Assembly (NCBI GenBank): GCA_038087875.1
Contig: CM075988.1
Location: forward strand, 5,270,001 to 5,334,000
DNA: 64,000 nt
Reading direction: 5' to 3'
Source of the DNA: Malacoraja senta
Lineage: Eukaryota
Shown here: positions 44,736 through 57,184 of the stretch, in pieces
Layout: each line of letters begins with the position of its first letter
How positions within the stretch are numbered: position 1 is the stretch's first letter
The notes under the pieces: model-generated
The model's database searches: none
Told to the model about the DNA's origin: nothing
What the model saw: only the letters and a program-made list of their open reading frames with translations
Program-made: the position numbers and the translations under genes

Positions 44736-47539
44736 CTGTAGTGTTGTATGTTCTATCTGCTAGATAGGTTGCCTGAATGAGCAGTCAAGAGGCCAGGCGA
44801 CATTTAATGGAGATAAATATGAAGTGATTGACTTTAGTGGAAGGAATGAAGGGAGACTGATAGAGATTGAATGGAGTGTTTACAGGAACAGAGAAAGCCA
44901 AAGGAACACATTAAAAGAGGAAGGAAATATTAGAAAGGCACGCAACCTCTGAGTGTTCATAAACAGGGGCATGAGCTTAGATATTGAATCATGTAACCCT
45001 GTTATTTTATGTTATGTGGCCCAAAATCGATTTTACCTGTTCGTAGTATATGTAGTATTGATTTTAGAAGAGTAATTGTTTCTTCGGGGGCAATTCCCGC
45101 TTTAAATACTATGTCAGCTAGCTGACTGTTCTCCAGGTTGTAACATTATCTGTAAAAGCTTCCCGTCTGCAAAGCCTTTGAAATAAATTTCTGGGAGCTT
45201 GTCAATGTTTCACACGAGCAAGGAAGCCAAACACTACACCTGGAATGGGTTGCGATAGCAGTCATTTCTGGTTGAAGACGTGCCAACCTTAACATTGGTC
45301 TGGGCACTGCCAGGTGCGATACATGTTGGCGTGACCGATGTTTTCCTAATGCCAGGTGCCCAACTGATGATGTTACTTGTCACGCAGTGCACATTTCCAC
45401 CCACACCGACATAAGTTGGAGTTCACAGCTCCACACCAATGGTGCTGCAGGGAGTTTTGATAGAACCAGTAGAACTTACTTTTTCCACTTTTTTAATTTA
45501 CCATAAGACATAGAACCAGAATTAGGCCATTCAGCCCATCGAGTCTGCTCCCTTAATCCATCAGTTAACTCCCATCAGTTTAGAGTTTAGTTTAGAGATA
45601 TAGCATGCAAACAGGCCCTTCAGCCTACCATCTCATAAAGCATAGTCATAGAGTGAAACAATGTGGAAACATGCCCTTCGGCCCAACTTGCCCACACCGG
45701 CCAACATATCCCAGCTACACTCATCCCACCTGCCTGCCTTTGGTCCATATCCCTCCAAACCTGTCCTATCCTATCCATGTACCTGACTAAATGTTTCATA
45801 AACGTTAGGATAGTCCCTGCCTCAACTACCATCTTTGGCAGCTTGTTCCATACACCCATCACCCTTTATGTGAAAAAGTCACGCATCAGATGCCTCTTAA
45901 TTATTTTCTCCTTCACCTTAAACCTATGTCCACTGGTCATGGATTCACCAACTCTGGGCAAGAGACTCGTGCATCTACCCGATCTATTCCTCCCATCTAT
46001 TGCCCATTCACACTAGTTCTGTTATCCCACTTTTGCACCCACTCCTTACACACTGGGGACAATTGACAGAGGCCAATTATCCTGCAAACCCATACGTCTT
46101 TGGGATGTGCAAGGAAATCCATGCGGTCACAGGGTAGAATGTGCCAACTCTGCACAGACAACACCCAAGGTCAGGATTGAACCTGGGTCTATGGCACTGT
46201 GAGGCAGCAGCACTACCAGCTGCAGCACTATGCCACCCTCAAATTCCTGGTGAACCTCAGAATCAAGAATAGTTTTTTCAAACACCAGTAATTTGCCAGA
46301 GACCAACAACTCACTTGCGGTATGTTCTCCAGCATTTTGGGTAATAAGAGGAATAGATAGGATAGATGCACGGTCTCTTGCCCAGAGTAGGTACGTTGAG
46401 GACCAGAGGACAGAGGTTTAAGGTGAAGGGGAAAAGATTTAATAGGAATCTGAGGGGTATCATTTTCACACAAAGGGTGGTGGGTGTATGGAACGAGCTG
46501 CCAGAAGAGATGAGGCTGTGACTATTGCAACATTTAAGAAACAGTTAGTCAGGTGATTGGATAGGAGAGGTTTGGAGGAATATGGACCGAACATAGGCTG
46601 GTGGGACTAGTGCAGCTGGGACATGTTTAGACCTAAACCTAAATCTAGACCTCACTTAATCAAGAGACACCTCGCACTGCCTTGGCAAGGCCAGCAGCAT
46701 AATCAAGGATAAGTCTCACCCCGGACACTCCCTCTTCTCTCCTCTCCCATCAGGCAAGAGGTACAGAAGTGTGAAAATGCACACCTCCAGTTTCAGGGAC
46801 AGTTTCTTCCCAACTGTTATCAACTGAAACTTCCTATAATTTGAGTAGTCCTGAGCTACTATCTACCTCATTGGAGACCCTCGGACTATCTTTAATTGTA
46901 TTTTACTGGACTTTATCTTGCATTAAACATTACTGCCTTTATCATGTATCTGCGCACTGTGGATGGATTGATTGTAATCATGTATTGTCTTTCCACCGAC
47001 TGGTTAACACGCAACAAAAGCTTTTCACTGTACCCTAGTATATGAGACAATAAACTAAACTAAACCTGATCTAAACCTTTAATACAATATCTAAACCTTA
47101 TGACAATAATAAACTTAAACCCAAACCAAAATTTAGACCTTTTGTCTAAAATCAACTCCAGTAATATTTAGAGTCAAAGTGTAATTTGCAAGGGAACCAT
47201 AGACAGAATTAACCACCTGTGATGAGACCGATGTTAGGAGTTACTGTCACCAATTACAGCTGTGTAAGATGTCTGTTTACACTACGTAGAAACAAGGAAC
47301 TGCAGATGCTGGTTTACAAATAAGGACACAAAGTGCTGGAGTAACTCAGCGGGTCAAGCAGCAACTCAGGTGGCACATGGATAGGTGGCACTTCGGGTCA
47401 GGGCCCTTCCTCAGACTTGTTCACTCTACCCTTATTTGTAGAACGGTATATCATACCATTGATAATTTTGTGTGACATCTTATGACATATTATTTGGTAT
47501 TGGTATTGGTTTATTATTATTACAGATAATAATGTATGG

Positions 47540-47992
47540 ACATATGATGAGCGTTTGACAGCACTGGGCCTGTACTTGCTGGTGTTTAGAAGTTTGAGCA
47601 GGGACCTCATTGAAACTTACTGAATAGTGTAAAGCTTGGATAGAGTGGATGTGAGGAGGGTGCTTCCACTAGTGGGAGAGTCTAGAGATATAAGCCTCAG
47701 AATTAAAGGACATTCCTTTAGGAAGGAGATGATGAGGAATTCCTTCAGTCAGAGGGTGGTGAATCTGTGGAATTCTTTTCCACAGAAGGCTGTGGAGGCC
47801 AAGTCAATGGATATTTTTAAGGCAGAGACAGATAGATTCTTGATTAGTACAGGAGTCAGTAATTATGGGGTGAAGGCAGAAGAATGGCTTTGAGAGGAAA
47901 AGATAGATCAGCCATGATTGAATGGCGGAGTAGACTTGATGGGCAGAATGGCCTAATTCTGCACCTATCACTTTTGACCTCATGACCTTATG
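47540..47992 (+). mobile_element. CR1/HER1-type LINE 3' end
   Basis: FSQRVVNLWNSFPQKAVEAKSMDIFKAE plus a 3' UTR like 18260-18355. Confidence 0.88.
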
Positions 47993-48134
47993 TATCACAG
48001 ATGTGCCGAGAAACAATGTTAAACTTTTGTTAGCATGCTATCCAATTAAATCAGACAACATTATACACAAGTACAAACAAGCCATACACAAGTACTTCTC
48101 CCCTCTGCTTCCTGTGTTCTCCGGAGTGGGGAAT

Positions 48135-48770
48135 CTGTCCCACGGGTTTGCGGTCATTGGCGGTGAAACGCGGCGTCGCTGGAAGAGTGGACCGCACGTC
48201 AACCGCGAGAGCGCCGCACGGATGCTGCGTGGGGGCCGAGTGATCTCCGTATGGCTGGTTCCACTAGCTTGCGGCGTCGGGTGATGACGACATCACGCAA
48301 CGCGACGCGCTACGCGATGACGTCATCGCACAACGCGACGCGCTACATGATGACGTCTTTCGGATCGCGGGGCTGTGGCGGCGGTAGTGGTGATCGCGGC
48401 GCTGTGGCGGCGGCCGTGCCGCACACGTGCCTCACTGGCGGCGGCTGTGGCGGTGAAAGTTTGACTCACGGCGCTCGTGCCGCACTGGCGCCGGCTGTGG
48501 CGGTGCCCGTGCGGCACACGTGCCTTACTGGCAGCGGCTGTGGCGGTGAAAGTTCAACTCACGGCGCTCGTGCCTCACTGGCGGCGGCTGTGCGGTGGGA
48601 AAATATTTTTCAACATTGTTGGTTTTTTGTGAGCACCGTGTGGTGTTGGGACCAACGCCGCACTGCCCCGGCAGTGTGCGTTTGACCGAACCCGCGGTCT
48701 CTGGCGGTCCACGAGCGGTAGATACCTCCTGTTTCACCGCCAATGACCACAAACTCGTGAGACAGGCCTT
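48135..48770. mobile_element. CpG-rich Harbinger-type MITE, left TIR tip damaged
   Basis: CTGTCCCACGGGTTTGCGGTCATTGGCGGTGAAAC / GTTTCACCGCCAATGACCACAAACTCGTGAGACAGGCCTT followed by TAA. Confidence 0.8.
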
Positions 48771-48962
48771 TAAAGCTCCCACATACCTTCATGGTTGTTA
48801 TTTTCCAGGCCTGACAGCATATTGTAGATCTCCTCTGCATCTTCCTCCATACAATCGGATCTCTTCTGCAACTTAATCCCATTTTTTCCCAATCCTCTAA
48901 ATTGAGCCAAGCTCACGAATGAGGGCGTGAATGCTGCAAACTCAGAGATAAGGTACTTTACT

Positions 48963-50008
48963 CGTTCGCTCATGTGTCAGACGACATTCTGCCATCGCTT
49001 TGCCACACCCAGTGCCACATTTGTGCCTCTGCGGAGATCGTCCACAGTGCATGCCTCTCCGCCGTAAGTCAGTAGGTGGGCCATTGTCTGCACCTCTCCA
49101 CAGTTGCACTTGTCAGAGTTCGAGAGGCCCCACTTCTTCAGGTTGAGTCCGCAACGTCCCACTCCAGTGCGGAGGCGGTTTAGGGCTTTCCAGGTAGTAT
49201 AAGGCAGGTGGTGTCCTGGTGCCATCTGTTGTATGGTTTGGTGCCTGGCACGGTTGGTTCTAGTTCCATGAAGTTGTTCCAACTCTTCAGGCATTTCTTG
49301 GCATGTTGGTGATTGTGCAAGGGGTGACGGGTCTGTGTCCGCATTGAAGCATTCTACTCCAGCTGCCTGATCACATCTTCGAGGTGGTTCGTCGATGCCT
49401 GCTAGCTCGTACAGGTATTCAACCTTTGTCAGCTTCTGGCATCATGTGGTCTTCCTGCAGGTGGTGTTCAATGCAGAGTCCACCTTGCATGCATGTTTAG
49501 AGCGGCTCCAGATGGGGCTAGCGTATTCTGCCGATGAGAAACAGAGCACTAGGGCTGCAGTGCGGATTGTTGTTGGGTCACTTCCAAATGAGTGTTTACC
49601 AATTTATCCATGACATTGTTCCAGGTATCGACCTTTGCCTTGGTTTTCTCAACATGTTGGTGATATGATAACGTGCGATTGAGGACTACACCTAGGTACT
49701 TTAGGGCTTTGCAGTGTTCCAACAGGACATCATTCCATCGCACCTACAGTTGATGTTTCGCATCCCGGTTCCGGAGGTGGAAAGCTGCTCTTTGCGTTTT
49801 TGTTGGGTTTGGGCGCAGGGAGTTCTGTTGGTAGTATGTTGTTATATTCTGCAGAGCAGACTCTAGTACGGTCTCAATCTGGCTGAAGTCTGAGGATTGC
49901 GTTGCGATGAATAAGTCATCAGCATACAGAAACGACCTAGTTTTCGGGGTGATGGGTTGGTCATTGGTGCATATATTGAACAACATTGGGGCAAGGACAC
50001 AACTGATG
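48963..50008 (-). mobile_element. 5'-truncated Vingi/Ingi-like (I-group) LINE
   Basis: LFNICTNDQP...FLYADDL...AFHLRNR; KYLGVVLNRTLSY; WKALNRLRTGVGRC...CNCGEVQTMAHL; TSD AAGGTACTTTACT (48950-48962, 50009-50021). Confidence 0.85.
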
Positions 50009-50623
50009 AAGGTACTTTACTGATTGATTTAGTTTAGTTTAATTAAGTTTAATTTAGTTTAGTCCAGAGATACAGCATTGAAACAGGCCCTTCAGTCCAT
50101 TGAGTCCATGCTGACTATTGATCAGTCAGATAAAGTCTGAAGAAGGGTCTTGACCCAAAACGTCACCCATTCCTTCTCTCCAGAGATGCTGCCTGTCCTG
50201 CTGAGTTACTCCAGCATTTTATGTCTGTCTTCAGTTTAAACCAGTACCTGCAGTTCTTTCCTACACATTAACTATTGATCACCCGTACTTCTATGTTATC
50301 CCAACTTTGCATCCTAGATACTAGGGACAATTTACAGAAGCCAGCTAACTGATACAGATACTGATAATGCTACTGATAAATTATTTATTGTCATATGTGA
50401 CAAGTCACAGTGAAATTCTTTGTTTTGCATACCCAAGGTATGCAAAGAGTTGCCACATAAAGGGCACCGACAAAGTTACTACGTATCCCGCGCCAGGTCG
50501 TAGGGTCATGGAGTGATGCAGTGTGGAAACAGGCCCTTCGGCCCAACGTATCCGCACAGGCTGACATGTCCCAGATACACTAGTCCCATCTGCACGTGTT
50601 TGGTCCATATCCCTCTAAACTTA

Positions 50624-51078
50624 AGGGCCTGTCCCACAGGCATGCGACTCCATGCGGCAAGCGCGACCTAACCGCAAGCGGGGGCCATGCGGGTGCCGCG
50701 TGGAGGTCGCAGGGCCGGTCCCACTTCGATCACGGGAGCCGCATGGAGTTGTGCGGAGCTGGTCCCGACATCGCGCGGGGCTCCGAAAAACTGACACTGT
50801 TCAAAAATTCCATGCGGCAACGGCCTGCCGCCCCGCAACCGCATCGAGGCCGTGCGCACCGCCTCGCCACCGTACGCACCGTCTTGACGGCACTCGACCT
50901 CCGCGCGGCCCCCGCTTCCGATTTGGTAGCGCTTGCCGCATGCAGCCGCATACAGCCGCATGCTGGTGGGACCGGCCCTGCTCGGGGATCTCTCGACCTC
51001 CGCGCGGCCCCGCGCGGCTCCTGCTTGCGGTTAGGTTGCGCTTGCCGCATGGAGTCGCATGCCCGCGGGACAGGCCCT
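50624..51078. mobile_element. GC-rich Harbinger-type MITE
   Basis: AGGGCCTGTCCCACAGGCATGCGACTCCATGCGGCAAGCGC... / ...GCATGCCCGCGGGACAGGCCCT; TTA at 50621-50623 and 51079-51081. Confidence 0.88.
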
Positions 51079-51971
51079 TTATGATTTTGTAGGTGCTACT
51101 TTGTTCATCCCCCCCAATGACCACCGACCTCGACCACTGGCGCCCTCATCGATCGCCGACCAAATTCGTCGATGACCACCGCAGGGCCCACCTCTAACGC
51201 CACCGTGGCGTCGACCCATATTCTGGCCGCACGGCTCCATTGACCCAGTGACCACTAGCAGGGCTTCATCGACCCAGGCTACAGCTGCAGGGCTCCATTG
51301 ACCCAGGTTACAGCCGCAGGGCTCCTTGGACCCAGTGTCCGGCTGCAGGCTCCGTTGCCCGGCTTCTTTGCGGCCTCCTGGGAGGCGTCTGCCACCCTGT
51401 ATCGAGTGTGGGAGGAAACCGGGGCACCCGGAGAACATCCACGCCGTCACAGGGTGATCGTACAAATTCCACATAGACAGCACCCACAGCCAGGATCAAA
51501 CCCAGGGCTCTGGCGCTGTGAGGCAGGCACTGTGCCGCCCCGAATTTGGCTCTACCCACTCGAAGAACGCTTGGACATCCAGTCTCTGCTGGGGTTCAGA
51601 ATGATGGACGTAATTGGGCAACATTTACATTTTTGATGCTCATGCAGAACAGGTGATATTAGATTGACTGCTCATTATAGGCTTCTCACAATGAAAGGAA
51701 GGCAGCGGAGAAACAGTGCGTTGATTCAGAGAATAGTTACACCAGGGAGGAGGCTAGTCAGCTCATTGACAACACAATAATTGCCAGAATGAATGTTTGA
51801 AAATGGAAAATATCACTTTGTAGATTGGCAGCTGAATGTTAAATGGAACAGCTGTGCCGTAGCTCACATCTCTGGAATGATTTATTTTTCCTCCCCTCAG
51901 CAATCCATAATGGAAATCTTTAGAGAAAATGTGTTGATCGACACATTGGACATAAAACAAAGTTGGGCAAT

Positions 51972-54529
51972 AAAAGTGATAAGTTTCTTAATTTTAAATT
52001 TTGTTTTATTTGTTTCCAAATACGGATTGTACTATGAATAATTGGGTTCTTATTATAGTTTATGTTATTCAGTTTCATTGGAGAGAGGAGGATCGCTCCA
52101 ATGTTTCTAGAGGAGCAATCCTCTTTCTCCATTACAATCCAGTCTACTTGCTGGGCGGAGTTATCCATCAGTTGAATCATGTTTTTAATATTTACTGACC
52201 AATAATAATACATAAAATTAGGTAGTGCTAGACCCCCCAATACTTTAGGTTTATTCAGATGGGTTTTTTGTATTCTATGTGATTTATAGTCCCATATAAA
52301 ATTAGTGATATCTGAGTCGAGTTTTTTAAAAAACTTCTTAGGTAAGTATATAGGAATTGATTGAAATAGGTATAAAATTTGTGGTAAAAAGATCATTTTT
52401 ATTGCGTTTATTCGGCCTATTAAAGACATCGGGAGCGTTTTCCAGAATTTAATTAATGTATTTAGTTTATTAAGTAGGGGGTCAAAATTTGCCCTGAACA
52501 TACCTTGATATGTTCTGGTAATTTCGATTCCCAAATATTTAAATTTTTCTGTAGCTATTTTAAAAGGGAATTTTAAAAGATGTGTTGAATCTTTCGGTTT
52601 TATTGACATAATTTCACTTTTATTTCAATTTATTCTATATCCAGAAAAAGATCCGAAGTCTTCAATTAAATTTAATATATTTGGTATAGTGATTTGAGGT
52701 TTTGTAATATACAATAATATATCATCCGCGTATAAAGATATTTTATTATATGAGTCTTTAGTATTATATCCATGAATATCAGGGTGTATTCTAATTTTTT
52801 CTGCTAGCGGTTCAATAATGAGAGCAAACAGCTGTGGTGATAATGAACATCCTTGTCTATTTCCCCTTGATAGTTGAAATTTCGAGGATAATATGTTATT
52901 AGTAAGTATTCTAGCTGTAGGTTTGTTATATAGTAACTTAATCCATAAAATAAAATTCTCTCCCAGTTGAAATTTTTGTAATACTTTATCCATATAATTC
53001 CATTCTACTTGATCAAATGCTTTTTCAGCATCCAGCGAAATAATTGATAATTCTTGATCTTCAGATTTGTGTGAGTGCATTATGTTGAGTAGACGTCTCA
53101 TATTATTAGAAGAGTATCTCTTAGGGATAAACCCAGTCTGATCTGGGTTTATTAATTTACTAATGTATAAAACAAAATTTAAAATTAAGAAACTTATCAC
53201 TTTTATTACCTATAGTCAATAACCCTTCGTTTAGTCCTTCTATTATAGATAAAGCTTATACACAATGGGATAGACTAGGAATTAAAACGCTTGGTGACTT
53301 GTATGAAACTGGAAAATTACTTTCATTTCAACAATTACAAATAAAATATAAACTCGGAAATAATCAATATTTTAAATATTTTCAAATATGCGACTATTTG
53401 AAAAAATATACAAAAGATCATTATAATAATCCAGTAGATGTATTGGACAAGGCAATGCAGATAAAAGCGGAATCAGCAAACTTAATATCATATTTGTATA
53501 ATATTATTTTAAATGTACAAATACCACCTACGGAGGGTATCAGAAGAGACTGGGAACAAGAGTTAGCTATTAAAATTTCAAAGGAAAGTTGGAATGAATA
53601 CTTATTAAACGTGCATAAATGCTCGATTAATGTAAGACACACTTTAATACAATTTAAAATTTTACATAGATTATATTATTCGAAAACTAAAATTCATAAA
53701 ATTTTCCCAAACGTATCATCTATTTGTGATAAATGTCAATCCCAAGAAGCTACTATAGTGCACTCATTCGTCTTCTGTACAAAAATTCAAAAATTTTGGA
53801 ATGAAATTTTTGAAATCTTTACAAAGTTATTTAAAACAAGACTGATACCCAAAGCAGAATGGATTATCTTCGGAATAACGGAAGATGATCCAGAACTAAA
53901 TGTGTTTCAAAAGAAATTAATGGACTATGGGTTAATAACTGGAAAAAAGCTAATTCTAAAATTTTGGAAGAAGGCTCCAATACCAACTATAAATATGTGG
54001 ATTTCAAATATGTTTGAAACATTACACCTAGAAGAGATAAGACTCCTCCTAGCAGGTAAACCAGATCACTTCCACCTGACGTGGTCTGCATTTATAGAAT
54101 TATTACAAACATAGGGTGCAAAAGTACTTTAAAAAAATAAAAAATTGAGGTCAGGTAAGGGGGGATGATAGTTGAAGAGTTGGTATGTCCTATTTACGTG
54201 ATGCTCAAAAAAAAATATTTGTTTCTCTTTTTTTCTCTTTCTCTTTTCTTTTCTTAGGGCCTATTTCTTAACTCTTTTTCTTTTTGTTTTTAATTTCGCT
54301 CTTATAGGGTCTTCGTCCTTTTTTGTTGTTACATTTTCTACACTTTTCTACACTTGCACTTTTTCCTTCACTTTCTTCTTTCTTTCAATCTTTTCTTTTT
54401 CTAGTGTAAAAAAATAAATAAAGGGAGTACATTAATTGTAAGAAGATATAAATGACGAGTATTAATGTATGTGGTTGTAATGTAATGTACTTCTAATAAA
54501 TAAAAATTTTAAAAAAAAAATTTAAAAAA
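51972..54529 (+). mobile_element. L1-clade LINE with 5' inversion (inverted RT segment 51972-~53166, sense 3' segment ~53167-54529, poly-A)
   Basis: Minus: DQTGFIP, LDAEKAFD, RQGCSLSP, LYADD, KYLG, GGLALPN. Plus: QFKILHR...CDKC...HSFVFC zinc knuckle, AATAAA, A-tail. TSD AAAGTTGGGCAAT (51959-51971, 54530-54542). Confidence 0.95.
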
Positions 54530-54575
54530 AAAGTTGGGCAATGTTGTCTAGGTTAGTTTAGTGAAGTCCGCACCA

Positions 54576-55230
54576 ATAGACAATAGACAATAGGTGCAGG
54601 AGTAGGCCATTCGGCCCTTCAAGCCTGTACCGCCATTCAATGTGATCATGGCTAATCATCCACAGTCAGTACCCCCGTTCCTGCCTCCTCCCCATATCCC
54701 CTGCACTATCTTCATGAGCCCTATCTAGCTCTCTCTTGAAAGTATTCAGAGAACCGGCCTCCACCGGCCTCTGAGGCAGAGAATTCGACTCACAACTCTC
54801 TGCGTGAAAAAGTGTTTCCTCATCTCCGTTCTTAATGGCTTACCCCTTATTCTTAAACTGTGGCCCCTGGTTCTGGACTCCTCCAACATCGGGAACATGT
54901 TTCCTGCCTCTATCGTGTCCAAGTTTTAATAATGTTATATGTTTCAATAAGATAACCTCTCATCCTTCTAAACTCCAGAGTATACAAGCCCAGCCGCTCC
55001 ATTCTCTCAGCATATGACAGTCCCGCCATCCCAGGAATTAACCTCCTGAACCTACGCTGCACTCCCTCAATAGCAAGAATGCCCTTCCTCAAATTTGGAT
55101 ACCAAAACTGCACACAATACTCCAGGTGTGGTCTCACTAGTGCCCTGTACAACTGCAGAAGGACCTCTTTGCTCCTATACTCAACTGCTCTTGTTATGAA
55201 GGACAGCATGCCATTCGCTTTCCTTCACTG
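54576..55230 (-). mobile_element. CR1/HER1-type LINE 3' end (same subfamily as 20770-23047)
   Basis: LLQLYRALVRPHLEYCVQFW...; (CAATAGA)n tail. Confidence 0.92.
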
Positions 55231-55911
55231 CCCGCTGTACGAACCAGTGATCCCGCACATTAACACTATCCTACACACACGAGGAACAATTTAGTATACC
55301 AAGCCAATTAACCTGCAAACCTCTATATCTTTGGATTGTGGGACGAAACCGAAGATCTTGGAGAAAACTCATGCAGGTCACGGGGAGAACGTACAAACTC
55401 TGTACAGACAGCACCCATAGTCAGGATCGAACCCGGGTCTCTGGCACGTAAGCATTGTACAGCAATAACGCTACCGCTGTGCCATCGTGCCTCCCCTGAT
55501 TGTCATATATTCTCTTTTCAGCTTATAACCTAATGTCTTCAGATGAGTTTTATTTCTTCATTCTTGGCACTGCCGCCTGTTTGGTGTTTTTATATATTCC
55601 CTGCATCTATAACATCACTCTTCTGAGGATATTCAACGTCCCTCCACTTTGACATCATCGCTGGAAATTCATCCGAAGGGAACACCAAGTGCTGTTGTAA
55701 CAACGAGTCAGGTAGCATCTCTGGAGAACACGGATAGGTGAGGATTTGGGTCAGGATCTTTCTTCAAACTCTCGATCAGTTTGAAGAAATGTCCTGATCC
55801 GAAATGCCATCTTTAGACTTTAGAGATACAGCGTGTAAACAGGTCCTTCGGCCCAGTGAGTATGCGCCGACCAGCGATCACCGTGTACTCCAGCACTATC
55901 CTACACACTAA

Positions 55912-56208
55912 AGGCCCTGTCCCCATGATGCGAGTTTACCTAAGAGCTCTCCCCGAGTTTAAAACAAAATTCAAACTCATTGTAAGTACGTAGAATGTAC
56001 GTAGCGGGTACGTCGTAGCTCGTGGATGTCTCGTAGCGGCTCGTAATGCTAACGGCAGGTACTCGGGAAACGCGGAAACTCGTGAAGTTTTTCAACGGTG
56101 TGAAAAATTTCCAAGAGTAAAATAATACTCGTGATGAAGTACCACGATTTTTTTTTTTTTTTAACTCGGGAGAGCTCTTGGGTGAACTCGCATCGTGGGA
56201 CAGGGGCT
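55912..56208. mobile_element. Harbinger-type fold-back MITE inside a V-SINE (55815-56394, minus)
   Basis: AGGCCCTGTCCC...GGGACAGGGGCT with TAA on both sides; interior similar to 42835-43140. Confidence 0.88.
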
Positions 56209-57184
56209 TAAGCCAATTAACCTACAAACCTGTATGCCTTTGGAATTTGCAAGAAAACCAGAGCACCCAGAGAATATCCACACGGTCACAGGGAGAACGT
56301 AGAAACTCTGTATAGACAGCACCCGCAGACTGGATCTAACCCGGGTCTCTGGCGCTGTAAGGCAGCAACTTTACCGCTGCGCCAATGTACTGCCCAACAT
56401 CTATCGATGTTGTCCAGAATTGCTGCCTGACCCGATGAGTTACTCCAGCACTTTGTGTCTTTTGTGTAACATCTGCAATTCTTTATTTCTATATTTTGAC
56501 TTCAACCAGAGATATGGCATGTCACTAAATACCTTGAGAGAAAGTGTCTTCACTTTGGTTGCCTTATAGCTGGGTATAGCAATTTCAATGCAAGAGGCTG
56601 CAGAGCATGGTAGACTCAACCTGCAACACAGGCACAACTCTTCCGATCATTGGAGGCGTCTACATGATGATCTGCCTCAAAAAGGTGGCATCTTTCAACA
56701 AGGACCACTCTGCCGTCTTCTTACCATCTGCTGCCGTCGGCCACATGACATAGAAGCTGAAGCCCCACTCCACCAGGTTCAGGAACAGCTACTTTTGTTG
56801 TTTGAAGAAGGGTCTCGACCCGAAACATTATCTATTCCTTTTCTCCAGAGATGCTGGCTGACCCGCTGAATTACTCCAACATTCTGTGTCTACTTTCCCA
56901 CGAACATCAGGTTCTTGAACTGACCTGCACAAGCCTAACCCTACCTCTGCAGCAGAACACCACAGCCCACCTCTGGCACTGCCATGGAAACGTTCTCCAA
57001 TTGTGTTTTACCCTGATATCTCTTTTTTGTTACACAGAATTTTTATTTTCACTATCTTGTAGAATTTATGTGTAATTTATATGTAAGTTGTATAATTTCT
57101 GTGTTTGTGTGTGTCTGTGTCGATGTTTCTGCAAACAAGATTTTCATCGTACATGTACCTCACCCGCATCTGTGCATATGTGCT

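Noticed and set aside
44336..44749. CRISPR-like repeat-spacer array
   Set aside because: Repeats are 14-bp TSDs and the spacers are Penelope-derived; kept as a TE finding instead.
50596..51124. Overlapping Arg/Ala-rich ORFs on both strands (also 47982-48882)
   Set aside because: GC-rich palindromic MITE interiors that lack stops by composition.
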